Shown one piece after another: positions 11,329-24,760 of a DNA stretch of 64,000 nt (position 1 is the stretch's first letter; the number at the start of each line of letters is the position of its first letter). The notes below the pieces were generated by a model. It searched no databases and was not told the origin of the DNA. It saw nothing but the letters and a program-made list of their open reading frames with translations. Made by a program: the position numbers and the translations under genes. The stretch comes from Felis catus. Taxonomy: Eukaryota. Location: contig NC_058369.1 in NCBI RefSeq assembly GCF_018350175.1, positions 20,090,001 to 20,154,000 on the forward strand, in the 5' to 3' direction.

Positions 11329-14300
11329 GTAGGCTGCACTTCTTGGGACTGGGTTGGGAGAAGGGTTAGAAGGATGGAGTCCAGTGCTTCTCTCATGAGC
11401 AGATGATAAACTGTGCTGTGGAGGAGCCATGCAGCCATTAAAAGCCTCTGTATCCCAAGCCAGGTTGCTGACTACAATCTGGAGTCAGTGGCTCCTTGTT
11501 GGCATTTTTTTCAAGAAGCCTCCACATCATATTCACCAACGTGACATCTGCAACATGACAACCCAGAAGATGGGCTTTGTTGTCTCCTGTAGAGACTGGG
11601 TGATAGGAACTGACATGGAACTCTTCTTAGGGGGATGCCTTTTACTTTTTTCTCTTCCATTACATTTCCTAGAAAACTGGCTCACAAGAACTTCCTCTTT
11701 AAGGGGAAAAATATACCAAAATATGTGCCTGTAGTATTGATGAATCCAATTCATGTAGGAAAACCAGATGTATTTTAATGTATCAGAAAACAAATGGGGC
11801 AAATGGTATAAGTTAGGCACTAGGAATAGTACTACCTAGACAGTTTCTCAGGAATTGGCTCACTGTTCCCATCTAATGCCCAATGGAGAGCTAGTGCAGA
11901 AGGTGGAAATGCATCAACCCTCACGTGTGGTTCTAGCAGTTCAATCCCAGGTTCACATTTCCTAGTCAGGCAGATACAGGCAAAGCATCCAAAGTGGATC
12001 AAAACAGGCCATCAGAGCCACGAGGGCCTTAGGGTGTGAGGGAAGGACGGGAGTGACTCATATAGAGGGCAGGTGGTCTGATAAGCAGAGAAGATGTGAA
12101 CAAAGACAAGGGAATCTGAACAGGCAAATAGCTGGTTTTCTGAATGGATTACAGGAGTAATGGACCTACCCTTTCCATTGAGTTTTAATGATCTGGTAAA
12201 AGCTTATTTGCTTCTGTTTGAAAGATCCAGTGCAGGCCAGACTGAACTGATTGTCACCACTCTAAATATCACCTATTTGGACTTCTTCATGGTGTTCTAA
12301 ATCCGCTTGTTGGAAATATTTGTCAACACAAACCCAAAGCAGAGTATGGTCTGAGCACAGAGAAGGCCCATGTGATAGATTCCAGCTGCCTTACAACTTC
12401 CCACACTGTGCCTGGACTTGTTTTCTGTTATCTGCTTCCCCCACTCGTAGACACTGTGAATACAGAACAAGCTGCTGTGAACAGCCCTCATCTCCTGCTC
12501 TGCACACAGAAGGATCTGTGTGGGATCCTAGGCCACTCGATCAATTCCATGTTTATCTTTAAATGCTTGGGAGACTTCATGCTTATGAAGGGCCCACATC
12601 TGACTGTTGGAGAACGATGTCCTTCACAGTGTCCTGACACCATTCCACAGCCCTGGTTATCAGGACAAGAAGAGCCCAGGCATAGTCCTGGGTTCTTGAC
12701 AAAATGTCATAGAAGAAAGAATAGATGGTTACCAAAATTGGTCTGGTGATTTTTTTTAAGTTAGATATCCAGGCTCATGAAGTGGAGTCATATATTCTAA
12801 GAGATATATTTAAAGTCCTTCCTTTCTTTTAAGAACTTAAGATTTGTACATTTGGACATTTCCTTCCTCTTAGCCTTCACAGTCAGAGAATTAAAAACAA
12901 GTGAAGTGAACAGAGACTAAAAAGAAACAAAATTTAGTGAAAAAATTCTTAAGCAAAGTTTGATTTTAGGAATTATGTTGTCCAACCCTCATCTATGGAA
13001 AGAAATCTTTTTGTAGAGCACCCTGCATCTCTTTGCATCATCAACACACAGGTTTGTAAAGGACCTGGGTATGCTAGACATGTCTCGGGAAATCAGCTGC
13101 ATCAGGCATTGGTGAAGGAAGCTGAGGTTAAGGGAGTTTTCCCTCCCCTAGGCAGCTAAGGGACCATCATAGGATTTGTCTCCACAGGGCTCCACAGGGC
13201 TGAGCCCGACAGGGCTCAGACACTGGGCCATCCCAGGAGGTCCAGGCCAGGCCTGTGAGTATGCTGCTTCCTGGGTTGTCTGCCTTTGAGCACTAAGTGC
13301 CAAAACTGAAAGTAAGGATTGGTTCACAGGCAGGAAGCAGTCCTTTGTGCATAATCTGGCTCCCTCTCTACCCTTCTTCCCCCTGAGGAAAGATTTTTTT
13401 TGCAGATGGGCACTCCCAAGGTTGTGAGCTAACAACTGACTGACAGACCTCTTAATGCACTCCATGATCTCATCAGAGTGGATTTGCCATTCTCAGGCCT
13501 GGTGACAGCGCTGGCCTGCAGGTTCTGCTGGAGCAACAGTAAAAGTGGTACAGGAATGTTTTACATGCAGTTGCCCTATCTTGGAAAACCATGTAGCCAG
13601 AACTTCCTTGGCTTCCTGGCCACCCGTCCACCTGCGGCTGATCCATCTGTCACCTGTAGGAGTGTTGTACCTGGGCTGCAGCAGTCCCTCCATCCTTACA
13701 GTGCTGGTGTGACCAAGTTACAAGAAGTTGCAACTTCTTGGCACATGGACATATATATGAGAAATGAACAAGGCAATGAATTATGTCAGTAACTGTGAGC
13801 ATTCTAACACTTAAGTCTGAGAGATTGGAGTAAATGGAAAAATTATAATCACTCATAAACTATGATTCTTATTTTAAAACAGCATTTGATAGAAATTGTC
13901 AGGCACTTATTTGGAGAGGTCTTGTTTGTCAGGATGACCCAGATAGGGCTCAAAGCATATTGACAGAGCTTAGAGCTCTGAGTTACAGAGTTCAACCAGG
14001 CTCTAGCCACACCAGTATCCAACATACCATTTTGAAAAAGGTCCCTCTGATGATCTCCCATTGCTTTCCAAGGGTGTGTACATACACATCACGTGACTAC
14101 TGTGAACAGGAGATGTGCTACTCTGTGCCACAGCTGAAGTCCTGACTATACAGCTATCCAGCTCTGCTCATGACCCGTGGTAGCGAGCTAGAGGCAAGAG
14201 TGCTATTGCTGGTGGTCCCAGAAAAGACACACTCCAACCAAGGAGATGACATTCTAGACTATAGAAGAACAAATAGATATGGGAATTTAAGCCTAATTTT

Positions 14301-14766
14301 GAAACTAAGCATTCACAGCCTTTATTGGTTGGTCACCATATTCCTGAGGGCATGTCTTCCTTCTGTCCAAACTCACTTTAGTTCAGTTCAAAAGCTAATA
14401 ACTTCTTTCCTAGGTTTTTTTTTTTTTTCAAGAAGATGAGCAGGAAAGACCAGAGTAGGACAGGTGTTCCAGGTGAACAAGTTAGAGTTAACATTGTTCC
14501 CAGTGAAGTAACCAAAATAAAACTTTAAAGAGAACTGCTGGCCAAAAGACTATAAACTGAAAGGAATGATTTAAAATTTTTTGCTCAAGAAGAGGCTGTG
14601 CCCTCCTGGAGACCATCCCCAAGCTAGAAGAGCTGGGCCACCACCTCCTAAATCCCTCTGGAGTGCTTAGCTTTCCTGGAAAGCCTATTCCCTGGAGTCA
14701 GTAGTACAGAGTTCTGTCACATGGCTCTGTGGGAATTACATTTTAACTTGTTTTCTAAGTCTTGAA

Positions 14767-15825
14767 TTTTTTTTAATTTTATTTTTTATTTTTTAAAATT
14801 TACATCCAAATTAGTTAGCATATAGTGCAACAATGATTTCAGGAGTAGATTCCTTAGTGCCCCTTACCCATTTAGCCCACCCCACCTCCCACAACCCCTC
14901 CAGTAACCCTCAGTTTGTTCTCCATATTTGAGAGTCTCTTCTGTTTTGTCCCCCTCCCTGTTTGTATATTTGTTTTCCTTCCCTTATGTTCATCTGTTGT
15001 GTCGCTTAAAGTCCTCATATGAGTGAAGTCATATGATTTTTGTCTTTCTCTGACTAATTTCACTTAGCATAATACCCTCCAGTTCCATCCACATAGTTGT
15101 AAATGGCAAGATTTCATTCTTTTTGATTGCCGAGTAATACTCCATTGTATACATATACCACTAGCCAGTTTGATCAAAAAGAAAAAGGACCCAAATAAAT
15201 AAGAATGAAAGAAGAGAGATCACAACCAACACAGAAATAAAAACAATAATAAGAGAACATTATCAGCAATTATATGCCAATAAAATGGGCAATAGGGAAG
15301 AAATGGACAAATTCCTAGAAACAAATACACTACCAAAACTGAAACAGGAAGAAATAGAAAATTTGAACAGACCCATAACTAGTAAGGAAATAGAATTAAT
15401 AATCAAAAATCTCCCAAAAAAACAAGAGTCCAGGGCCAGATGGCTTTCCAGGGGAATTCTACCAAACATTTAAGGAGGAGTTAACACCTATTCTCTTGAA
15501 GCTGTTCCAAAAAATAGAAATGGAAGGAAAACTTCCAAACTCTTTCTATGAAGCCAGCATTACCCTGATTCCAAAACCAGACAGAGACCCCACTAAAAAG
15601 GAGAACTATAGACCAATTTCCCTGATGAACATGGATGCAAAAATCCTCAACAAGATATTAGCCAACCAGATACAACAATACACTAAAAAAATTATTCACC
15701 ATGACCAAGTGGGATTTATACCTGGGATGCAGGGCTGTTTCAATATCCACAAAACAATTAACGTGATTCATCACATCAATAGAAGAAAGGACAAGAACCA
15801 TATGATCCTCTCAATAGGTGCAGAG
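14767..15825. mobile_element. Felid L1 with 5' inversion: minus-strand 3' end 14767-15160 plus plus-strand ORF2 RT segment 15161-15825
   Basis: The minus part matches the 3'UTR of the L1 at 403-1272; the plus part encodes [16 protein letters not shown]...[10 protein letters not shown]...[10 protein letters not shown] (L1 RT). Confidence 0.93.
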
Positions 15826-15909
15826 TTTTTTAAATGGTCTTCTTTCTTGGTAGAAGAAACCTGCTTTTGAGTTAGTGTGCTCTGGCTCAGGGCCAGGTTT
15901 TTCCCAAAT

Positions 15910-16095
15910 CAGTTGTTCTCCAGTGTTAGTATGTATCCGAGTCACCTGCAGGGCTTGCAGACACAGAATGCTGGGCCCACCCCCCATGAGTTTCTAATGC
16001 AATAGGATTGGCGTGGGACCCAACAATTTACATTCCTTATAAGCTCTGAGATGATGGTAATATTGCTTGGTTGGGACCCCTTTTGAGAGCCATGT
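15910..16095. mobile_element. MER5A-like hAT-Charlie DNA transposon relic
   Basis: cagttgttctc...gtcacctgcagggcttg...gctgggcccacccc...ttttgagagccatg resembles the MER5A consensus as recalled. Confidence 0.65.
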
Positions 16096-17236
16096 CCTAG
16101 AGAGGACTCTGCCTTAGGGAGGCTTTGTCCCTCCCTAAGTCAGACCTGGCACAAGTACTGCTCTCTGGGTTTGCTCTGAACTTGCCCATTAGAAAGCAAC
16201 TCTGCAGGCATGGCATCCTTCTAGGGGACCCTCTGATTCTTGCCCTTGTGCTCAGAAATACACTCTGTCCTTTGCTTTGACTCTTGATAAAAAGTGCATG
16301 CTTCATCACCGACCTGCAAGTGATGTTTTTTTTTTTTTCTCTTTTCCTGTTTGTCTTAATTGTTCTTGTCTCTCTCTGTGCTGTCCCCTCATTGTCGCCC
16401 CTTTCTTTCTGGTGCAGAGATGAAGATAGTTGGGTGTAAGTTCCTGCTTTCGTGTGTCCTGTCTGCTTTTGCCTGCTTTGTTTCCATCTTCATTTGTTTC
16501 ATGGAATGTTGGAATACTGGGGTGGGGTATCATGTACATTATTAATCCTTCATCAGCCTCACCCTTTGGGGTAACTGACATAAAAAAAGAAGATACTAGC
16601 CCAATCTAGAAGACTGTGTATTACTTTAGGTGTTCATTAAGATCTGAAGTAACTAAGAACATAGTGGAATGTTTAGAAAACGTTAACAAGCCCTAGGTGG
16701 ATAGCTACGGGGAAAGTTTGTATGAGACACATCAGCTACTTCCATTGAAAGGAAAATGAGTAGTGCTTATCCCAGGCTATACAGAATCAGAAAGGTAGAA
16801 AGCTTCTCTTTTCAGCTCTGTTGGACACATCTCACACAAAAGACAAAGGCATGACTTTTGAAAGAAAGCTCTCCTCAGGAAGAGTGATGAAAGTATTTGC
16901 CACAAGTAGTAGTGGTCAGTCTGACTGTCAAATGAGGCTTTGGCAATATCTAAGGGATGATTTAGGAATGATCACATCTGGTCTGACAACAGGTTGGAAT
17001 AACCCAAGAAAGGAATAACCCTTGACCCAAGAAAGGAATAACCATATATAAATGATGTCAGACCATGCCCATTCTTGTCTTCCTGTTAGAGCAGGGAACA
17101 TCACTGATCTTGTAACAGTTGAAACCAGTAGAAGTGTGACACTGAAGACGTGGTTTGAAAGTAAAATACTCATGAGTATATTTCTCTTACCCCATTTCCT
17201 TTCCCCAGCAGCAGCTGTTGTTAACCATTTTCTGCT

Positions 17237-17447
17237 TAATTTTTTTTTAACATTTATTTATTTTTGAGACAGAGAGAGAGAGCATGAACGGGGGAGGGTC
17301 AGAGAGAGGGAGACACAGAATTTGAAACAGGCTCCAGGCTCTGAGCTGTCAGCACAGAGCCCGACGCGGGGCTCGAACTCACGGACCGCGAGATCATGAC
17401 CTGAGCTGAAGTCGGCCGCTTAACCGACTGAGCCACCCAGGCGCCCC
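17237..17447 (-). mobile_element. Young CAN-SINE (SINEC_Fc)
   Basis: Ends ...gagccacccaggcgcccc; TSD aaccattttct at 17223-17233 and 17448-17458. Confidence 0.96.
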
Positions 17448-17847
17448 AACCATTTTCTTCTGTAAACATCCAGAGATAGGCTATGCACAAACCATATTTC
17501 ATTTTTGTTTTTTTTCTTTTTGTGCAAATGGTAGAACACTATGCCCATTATCCTGAGCTAAGAATTCTTGGAATTTATTCCGTGTGAAGCATGTGGGACC
17601 ACCTCTATTTTCTCATTGTTTTTAATGGGTGCATATGGTTCTACTTTCTGGGTGAATCACAATTTGTATAGCCCTTTATTGTGTGTATTTAGATTATTTC
17701 CAGTCTTGTGTTACTACAGTGATTCAAAATAAATATCCTTGTATTTAAAAAAAGAAAGAAGGTAAAGAACCTGTCTTTTCTAGATACTCTGAGAATTCCC
17801 GTAAGAGTCTTTTTTGGCAGGGGGAGAGGTCTCTTCTTTAAAATAAT

Positions 17848-18017
17848 GGGTACCTGGGTGGCTCAGTCGGTTGGGCGACAGACTTCCGCTCAGGTCATGA
17901 TCTCCCAGTTCATGAGTCGAGCCCCACATTGGGCTCTGTGCTGACAGCTCAGAGCCTGGAGCCTGCTTCGGATTCTGTATCTTCCTGTCTCTCTGCCCCT
18001 CCCTGACTCATGCGCAT

Positions 18018-18058
<41 letters not shown>

Positions 18059-18100
18059 CTCTCTCTGTCTCTCAGAAATAAATATTAAAAAAAAAAAATA
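17848..18100 (+). mobile_element. CAN-SINE (first of a head-to-tail pair)
   Basis: gggtacctgggtggctcagtcgg head, long (CT)n, A tail. Confidence 0.93.
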
Positions 18101-18101
18101 A

Positions 18102-18320
18102 GGGGCACCTGGGTGGCTCGGTTGGGCGTCCGACTTCGGCTCGGGTCATGATCTCACAGTTTGTGGGTTTGAGCCCCACATCAGGCTCTGTGCTGACAGC
18201 TTGGAGCCTGGAGCCTGCTTTGGATTCTGTGTCTCCCTCTCCCTCTGCCCCTCCCCCACTCATGCTCTGTCTCTGTCTCTCTCAAAATCATCATAAACAA
18301 ACATTTAAAAAATAAAATAA
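18102..18320 (+). mobile_element. CAN-SINE (second of the pair, starting in the first one's A tail)
   Basis: ggggcacctgggtggctc head with a 4-nt deletion in the A-box region; CT tract; A-rich tail. Confidence 0.92.
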
Positions 18321-19231
18321 GAACTACAACACATTACAACATTGGTCATATGCCTGAAATTGTCTAAGTTGAATGGTTGTTAATGTCTCCATATCCCCAT
18401 GATGCTGTCGGAGGACTTCACTCCTATTCTGCCAAAAGATAAAATTGGTGCCATCCTGAGCAGGCTGCTATGTCTGCTGAGAGAGAGAAGGTTAGTTCTA
18501 GTTTCACATGATCTTAAGGGAAAGAAAGCACTCTCCTAATCCTATCTAGAAGTAGACAAGGTATAAGTAAATAATAGTGTTAAATACTAGTATCCTTGAA
18601 CCCAAATCTTCCTAATATGTGGTATGACTAATTTATACAGAAGGAACATGAATGTAATAAAGAGTCTAAACAAGACTGAGTGCCCAAATCTGTATTGGCT
18701 GTCCTGGATTATTTCTCCTGGGATGGAATTCTACATAGGCTAGAGCCATGTGGACCCAAAATTCCTGGTAAGGCTGGAGTATCTGGCAGGAGATTCTCTT
18801 GCTAACAGATGCTCTGGTGCCCAAGCCAGACCTCAGAGGTTCTGAAACCTCTCCAGAGACTGCTGTCAGAAGAGATGTGCAAACACATTGTGAGCTCTGT
18901 TTCTCCAGTGTCATACCAGGGTGCAGGTCTTCAGAGGATCACACCTGGCCACTGAGGTGTGCAATTCTCTGTGACTGCTGGATGCAGCTCTGTCACAGTG
19001 TTCTCAGCCCCCTAAGATTTCTGGTAGCTGAAGAACACTGTTTCCTTCTAGGACCTCCCACTCCATAAAGACCCCAGAATGTTTCAGGCCAATCCCTGAC
19101 ATAAGAAGGTAGCTTCAGGTTCATTACTCTGCTCCTTCCCAGCAGCTGCTTATTTATACTTACAAGAATCTGGATTTTTGATGTGTATTTGCAGTGTAGT
19201 AAAGCTGTTCTTGACACATAAACACCCAAGC

Positions 19232-19427
19232 CAGGTATCAGGAAACTATAGTCCCTGGGCCAAATCCAGCCAGAGGCCTATTTTTGTACCACCTGCCAGC
19301 TGAGAATGTTTTTTCACATTTTAAAAGGGTTGTGAAAGCAAAGAACATGTAACAGAGACCTATGTGACCCAAAAAGCTTAAAATATTTACTATCTGGCTT
19401 CTTACAGAAAAAGTTGGCCAACCTCTA
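19232..19427. mobile_element. MER58-like hAT-Charlie relic
   Basis: aaactatagtccctgggccaaatccagcc...aaaatatttactatctggc..ttacagaaaaagttggccaacc resembles the MER58 consensus as recalled. Confidence 0.75.
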
Positions 19428-19799
19428 CCTACTCTTAAGTCCCTAGTTCTCTGGCAAGCAGCTATACCAACAGCTGGCTACTCTCTGAGACTGTGAAAAG
19501 AACAAAGTTTATTCTGAGGCCCTCCTATAAGAACAACCTCATTCATTCATCTTTCCGTTCAAGAAACTCTGTTGCATGTCAGATGAACACTAAACAGAGA
19601 TAAAAAGGCATTGCTGATGCTTTTAGATGCTCTGCCAACCTTAGGAAGCAGAGCACACCTAACAAAGGGAGGCAGAGTTGCCCTCAATAATACCTACTCC
19701 CACATCCCGCAGAAAAACTTCCCACTTCCATACCCCTCTCAGCATTCCTCTGTTCTGCTTAAGGGCTGCCTAGTCCCTAACACCCAGAAAAATTTCAGC

Positions 19800-20030
19800 A
19801 GCAGCTTCCCAGCAAACCCCCATGGTCTGGTTCCCTGGCATTAAACCCTGGAGAACATCAGAATTGCCTTGTGATTTTTGGTTTTGTTTAATGTATGTAC
19901 AGAAGCCTCACCCAATACCAACTGGAATCTCAAGAGGTAGACGCTAGAAATCTAGTTTTAATAAGTTTCCTAGGTGATTAGAATACAGCCACCCACCCAG
20001 TGTTCTGTAAACTAACCTCACAAACTACTG
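19800..20030. mobile_element. MER5-like relic
   Basis: catcagaattgcc...tctagttttaataagtttcctaggtgatt...aactactg; boundaries approximate. Confidence 0.45.
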
Positions 20031-23000
20031 CTCAGGCCTTCTCTTTCCCATCCTCATTGTAATGTGCCTGTCCTCATCCCTCTCCTGGTAATATTTCCTT
20101 GCAATTGGCGCTAAAGGTTATAGGAGCCTCCTGGAGACAGTGCCTTAACCCAAACACATGATTCCACTGTAGGCTTTGTGAACATGTAACATGTAATAAG
20201 GACAGCTGAAGAGCAGGGAATCTCGGGAGCTATCTGTCAGGCAGGCCTGGGTCGTTAGATCCCTGGAGGCTTTCACATTGGCTGCTTCTTAGGTTTTCTC
20301 CTAGTTCCAGGAGAATTAGTGGAGAGCTCTATTTAAATGATCCCCAGAGAGCTTTTGACAAGAAGGCCCCAGCAACATTAACTATCACAGTTCTCGAAAT
20401 TGAGGCCATAATTTGCAAAACTGCAACCCATAAAGAGGCCTAATACCTATTCTGCTGAGAATAGTCCTGGTGTAGGCAAGTCGGTTCTCCAAATAAAGAG
20501 CAGCAAAAGATCTGATGAAATCAAGCTGCTTCAGTCTGTAACTCAGAGGGTATGTTTACTTGTATTGATAAATTGTCTCAGCAAGATATCACTGAAGGTA
20601 TTCTATTTAAATAGGAAGTTTTAAAAGAATGAAAGCTGTAGGAATATCTAGCCCAGCCCTTCCATTTTAAATTAGCATGTTGATTTAAAATGCTCCAGAG
20701 GAGCTGCCCCAGAAACCATGGACTCACTCTATATAATCAACACAGACCAAATTCTGTCATTATCAATCTCCAAGGTAATGCCCACTTTTGTATGAGTATT
20801 CTGTATCATATATTGATAGGAAAAGCTCACATGTTTCATTTGAAGGACACGTTTATTTATGGTTAACTGTTGTGGAGAGCCACAGAAATTTAAAATGTTT
20901 GTACAAGCTAGAATATTATTGCTGGTAGCCGGTATCTGCTTTTACAAGTCATGTGGATTACCTTGAGAATAACTTCTAGAGAGTGCTGGTTTAAACCAGA
21001 GTAATAGTTAAACAAAGTACCTATTCTGTAGATTAGACATTAAAATTCTCTAGACTATTCACTTTCTGCCAAATCAGTGTAGAAATTTAATAATTACTTA
21101 AATTCCATAGAAGAGCTAATGTGTAAGTAAAAGACTTTTATCAAAAGAAGGCTCTAAGATGTCTGTTTCAATTGTTAAAAATTCAAGGTGTAACCAACTG
21201 TGATTTGTCCCATTATAATACCAATTACCTATAATAAAGGTCCCATTTAATTTTGAATTTTACTTTTAGGAATGATTTTATTCAGCTTCTGCCCTTACAA
21301 TAGCAAAATGATGGATTTGACTTTCCCTTCCGCTTTCCTTTCCTACCTTACCTGCACACCTGAGTGCTATTTTAATGATATGCTTGAAGGCCCAAGCAGA
21401 GATGTCCAAAGGAGGCAGATTAAAGTCCAGACTCCTGAGAATTCGAAGTAGAGGCTTTCTCAGCCAGGAGGGAAGTCCATGTGAACTGCAAGAATAGACA
21501 TCCTCTAGGCTGTCCTGCCTATCCAGCAGTTAGTTGCATTTGTATGTGATTTTCAGAACATAATTTCCTTTCCCTTCATGGTAGCCTCAGGGCTGTTGGG
21601 GAACAAGATGTTTTTCACACATTAGAGAAAGTTCCCTGGGCTGTCAGAGAATAATTAATTGCTTCTCGTTGGCTGTTCTTCCTCACTTATGCTGAAGTAT
21701 TTTGAGAACTTCATTATGCAACTAAATAACCATGGCTGCACTTCTGGTATAGTAAGACCACCTGAATAATAGGTTTGGTCATGAAGACCTCCACAGCTCA
21801 AAATATATGCCAGTTCTAGTCTATCATGTTTCATGCATAGGAGATACTAAGACACTTGCATAATCAGAAAGGTAGTCTGTGCAGAAAATGAGCCATCATC
21901 ATGTATCTGACCAAACCAGAAAGCTTACTTGCCAACCAAAAACAATATCTGTTTATTTCATTGTGATTCCAAGTAATGAACATTTTCAGATTTTTCAGTT
22001 TTGCTAAGAACTGAGGTAGAAAGAATGTTTTGAATTGGCTTACTTTGCAAGTTAGTCTTTCCATCACCTCTCAGTTGAGTTCTTCAGGCTGTTAGCACAT
22101 CTTCACTTTGACCTTACATGTTTTCCTATACCATTTTTTTCCCTTTGAAGATTTTTCTCCCAGGACTTTACATTGTTGTTGTTGTGGTTGTCATCGTGGT
22201 TGTTGTTTTGAAAGTCAAAATACCTTCTTTAGAATGTATGAATAAAATTGGTCATGTTACAAACTTAGAAGCTTAGAGCAGCCCAAATGAGCTCTTCTTA
22301 TACATGAATAGATAATCCCCTTACCCTAAAAAAAAGGCAGATGTGGTCATTTCTTAGGTCATTTCGGCTTGCAGTTTGGGCTTCACCTGCCCAAGTCTCG
22401 AGCAGCAGATATTGGCAAAGTGGGCAGAAGTCAGAGAGTAGCAAAGAGCATAACAGATTGTTACCCCAGTGCTTTAGCACCTGTGCTTCTGGAAAGTCAT
22501 CTGCTCCCAGAGCACTTGCAACACAAAGAAGAAAAAAAAAATGACAGTCCAGTGACCTGGGTCTGGCATTCCAGCAAGGGATGGGATTTGGAGCTAAGCC
22601 TCCAGAAGGAAAAAGTAGTGTATCCTCTAGTCAGACTCAGAAGGGTTGCAAGTTGAAAAAGAAAACCCGTAAAGGAAAAAGGAAACCACTTTTTTTTTTT
22701 TTGGAGGGAAAGGAGGAGTGATTAGTAGTTAAGTAGTAGACATAATACAATAAATGTTATTCCTGTTGATTCTAAAAATCTTCCCCCTTTGGAAGGTTTA
22801 GAGTTCAGCTATTCTCCTGGAAGATAGAGAGACTGAGTAGTCACCTGTAATACAAGAGAAGATTCTCTGCCTCAGCTTTTCCCACCCTGGACAAACTGTG
22901 GTGAACACCTTTAGAAATTAGACTTAGAGAGCACCTGACTAACCAACAGAGTGCTGCCGCACTGATATCAGTAGAATGTCCACCGTTATTAACCAAGCTT

Positions 23001-23118
23001 GCAATGCTCTGAGCACCCACCTCAACACTGGAGGATCCAAATGCTAGCCTGGTCCTCCGTACAAACGGGGCAGTGTGGCTCCTATGGTCTTGAAGACATG
23101 ACATTTCTCTCCCCATAG

Positions 23119-23243
23119 GTGATATCCGCAATGACCTGTACTTAACCTTGGAGAAGGGAGATTTCGAGAGAGGGGGAAAGAGTGTACAAAAGAATATTGA
23201 AGTGACCATGTATGTGCTTTACGCAGATGGAGAAATACTGAAG
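23119..23243 (+). CDS. DOCK3: DOCK3 coding exon (~exon 15), GDIRNDLYLTLEKGDFERGGKSVQKNIEVTMYVLYADGEILK, start of DHR-1 (C2 DOCK-type)
   Basis: ctctccccatag| ... |gtaaga; 125 nt; RNDLYLTL and KNIEV DHR-1 motifs. Confidence 0.97.
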
Positions 23244-23859
23244 GTAAGACTTGCCAGTCAGTTGGGAAAGGAGGCTAATCCTGTAATAATTTTAATGAGT
23301 CTGTGGACTTTATTCAGAGACCCATTCATCAAGCAGACTGCACTCACATCACCACATATGCATTCTTCTTTGCCTTTTCTTCAAGGAAACCCTGCAGTAT
23401 GCTTTGATAATGACTTCCAGTGTCACACAGCCTTTTTAGAAATTCTTCCCAGTCTGACCTCAATCCTTCCTGCTCCAATTTAGACCTATTCCCTCTAGTT
23501 GTGTCCTACATGTTACTTTTTCTGCCATTCTGTCTAGCATCAAGCTACCTACTTTTGGCAACTGTTATTAGGTCCCACTCTTTTTGTTCCTTAAGCTAAT
23601 GAAAGCTAAAAAAAAGTTTCTCTTTGGTCAGGAGTAGGACTTAGGCACTCACTGGCTGGTACCAAGTTATGTGACAAGGAACAGCAGACTCAGGCTGTAA
23701 AAGATTATTTCCAGCCAATGCCAGTACAAGGATGCAAGTGTATCTTCTGTCACTCTTCATTCAAAGTGAAGACCTGGAGTGCTGTTTTTCCATTGTCAGT
23801 ATGTCAGATTTCCCTCAGTCATGTCATGGTGAAGTCCCTGGCAAATAACAAGGCATCAT

Positions 23860-24010
23860 TTGCACAGCACTTGACAGAAGGCAAATCACTCTTTTATAGA
23901 CCTCGCTCCTATATGTTGACAATAGCCTTGTGAGGTAGGCAGAGCAGGAGTGGTCATCCACATTTTACAGAAGTAAATAGGTAAAATTAGTCAAAATCAT
24001 CCCCCAAAGC
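23860..24010 (-). mobile_element. MIR relic
   Basis: ccttgtgaggtaggc...cattttacaga core; boundaries approximate. Confidence 0.55.
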
Positions 24011-24760
24011 TAGAAATAAATGGAGGATATTGTTTAATTGGTGGTAGAAGCACTGATTTTTGTTTCATTTTTAAAAGCCCATCTCGAAGACTAAGGCGTG
24101 TCCATTGTTGGCATGGATAATGCCAAGGTCAGCAGAGCTGTCAGCTTCTCAGACCACCCTTGTGCAGATAGGGAGCTGCTCCTGATTGTATTGCCTGCAA
24201 CTTCCTGTCTTCCAGGAAGATGAGACTACATCTTCATGGCAATATCTGAAAACAGGAGGTCAAATTAAATCTGGTCTGCCTTGTCTATATCCAAAGACAG
24301 TCAGCCAAGGGCAACCTAAAATGCCAGTGCAACATTGGGGTAAGGAAGATTAGAAAACAGGCTCTCTCCACTTTATAAATTAATTCATTTTCTGATCAGG
24401 TAAAGTGCCATATACAGTTGACCTCTCCTGTGGAGTTCATTGTTTCCTTTCTTAATGAGGATGAAGAACCTATCTTAGTGGTTCACATACACTGTTGAGC
24501 TGCCCTCCAGTTTATTGAGCAGCGTGTGTGGTTACTTTTGCCCCATGAAAAAGAAGGAGCATTGTTGACTGCTGATTCCTTATGCCATCTACACAGTTGT
24601 TTCCAAAAGTATTGAGTTTAAGTCAAATGAATTTTCTCATCTTGTAGATTTGGCCTGGTGGGAAAATAAGACTTGCGCAAAGGAGAAAGTGTCCTAGTGA
24701 CAGAGAAATCCAGGGGCTTCCTCCAGCAAGATCACACTTTATTTTGCTTCTCTCTTCCAG

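Noticed and set aside
11130..14439. Cluster of 60-125 aa ORFs on both strands in the intron after exon ~14
   Set aside because: No recognisable domains and no consistent splice signals; lengths are compatible with chance. One is simply the antisense of the DOCK3 exon.
16996..17043. 19-bp direct repeat acccaagaaaggaataacc (2 copies), plus similar 12-bp repeats near 48972 and 51820
   Set aside because: These look like ordinary local micro-duplications with no further structure.
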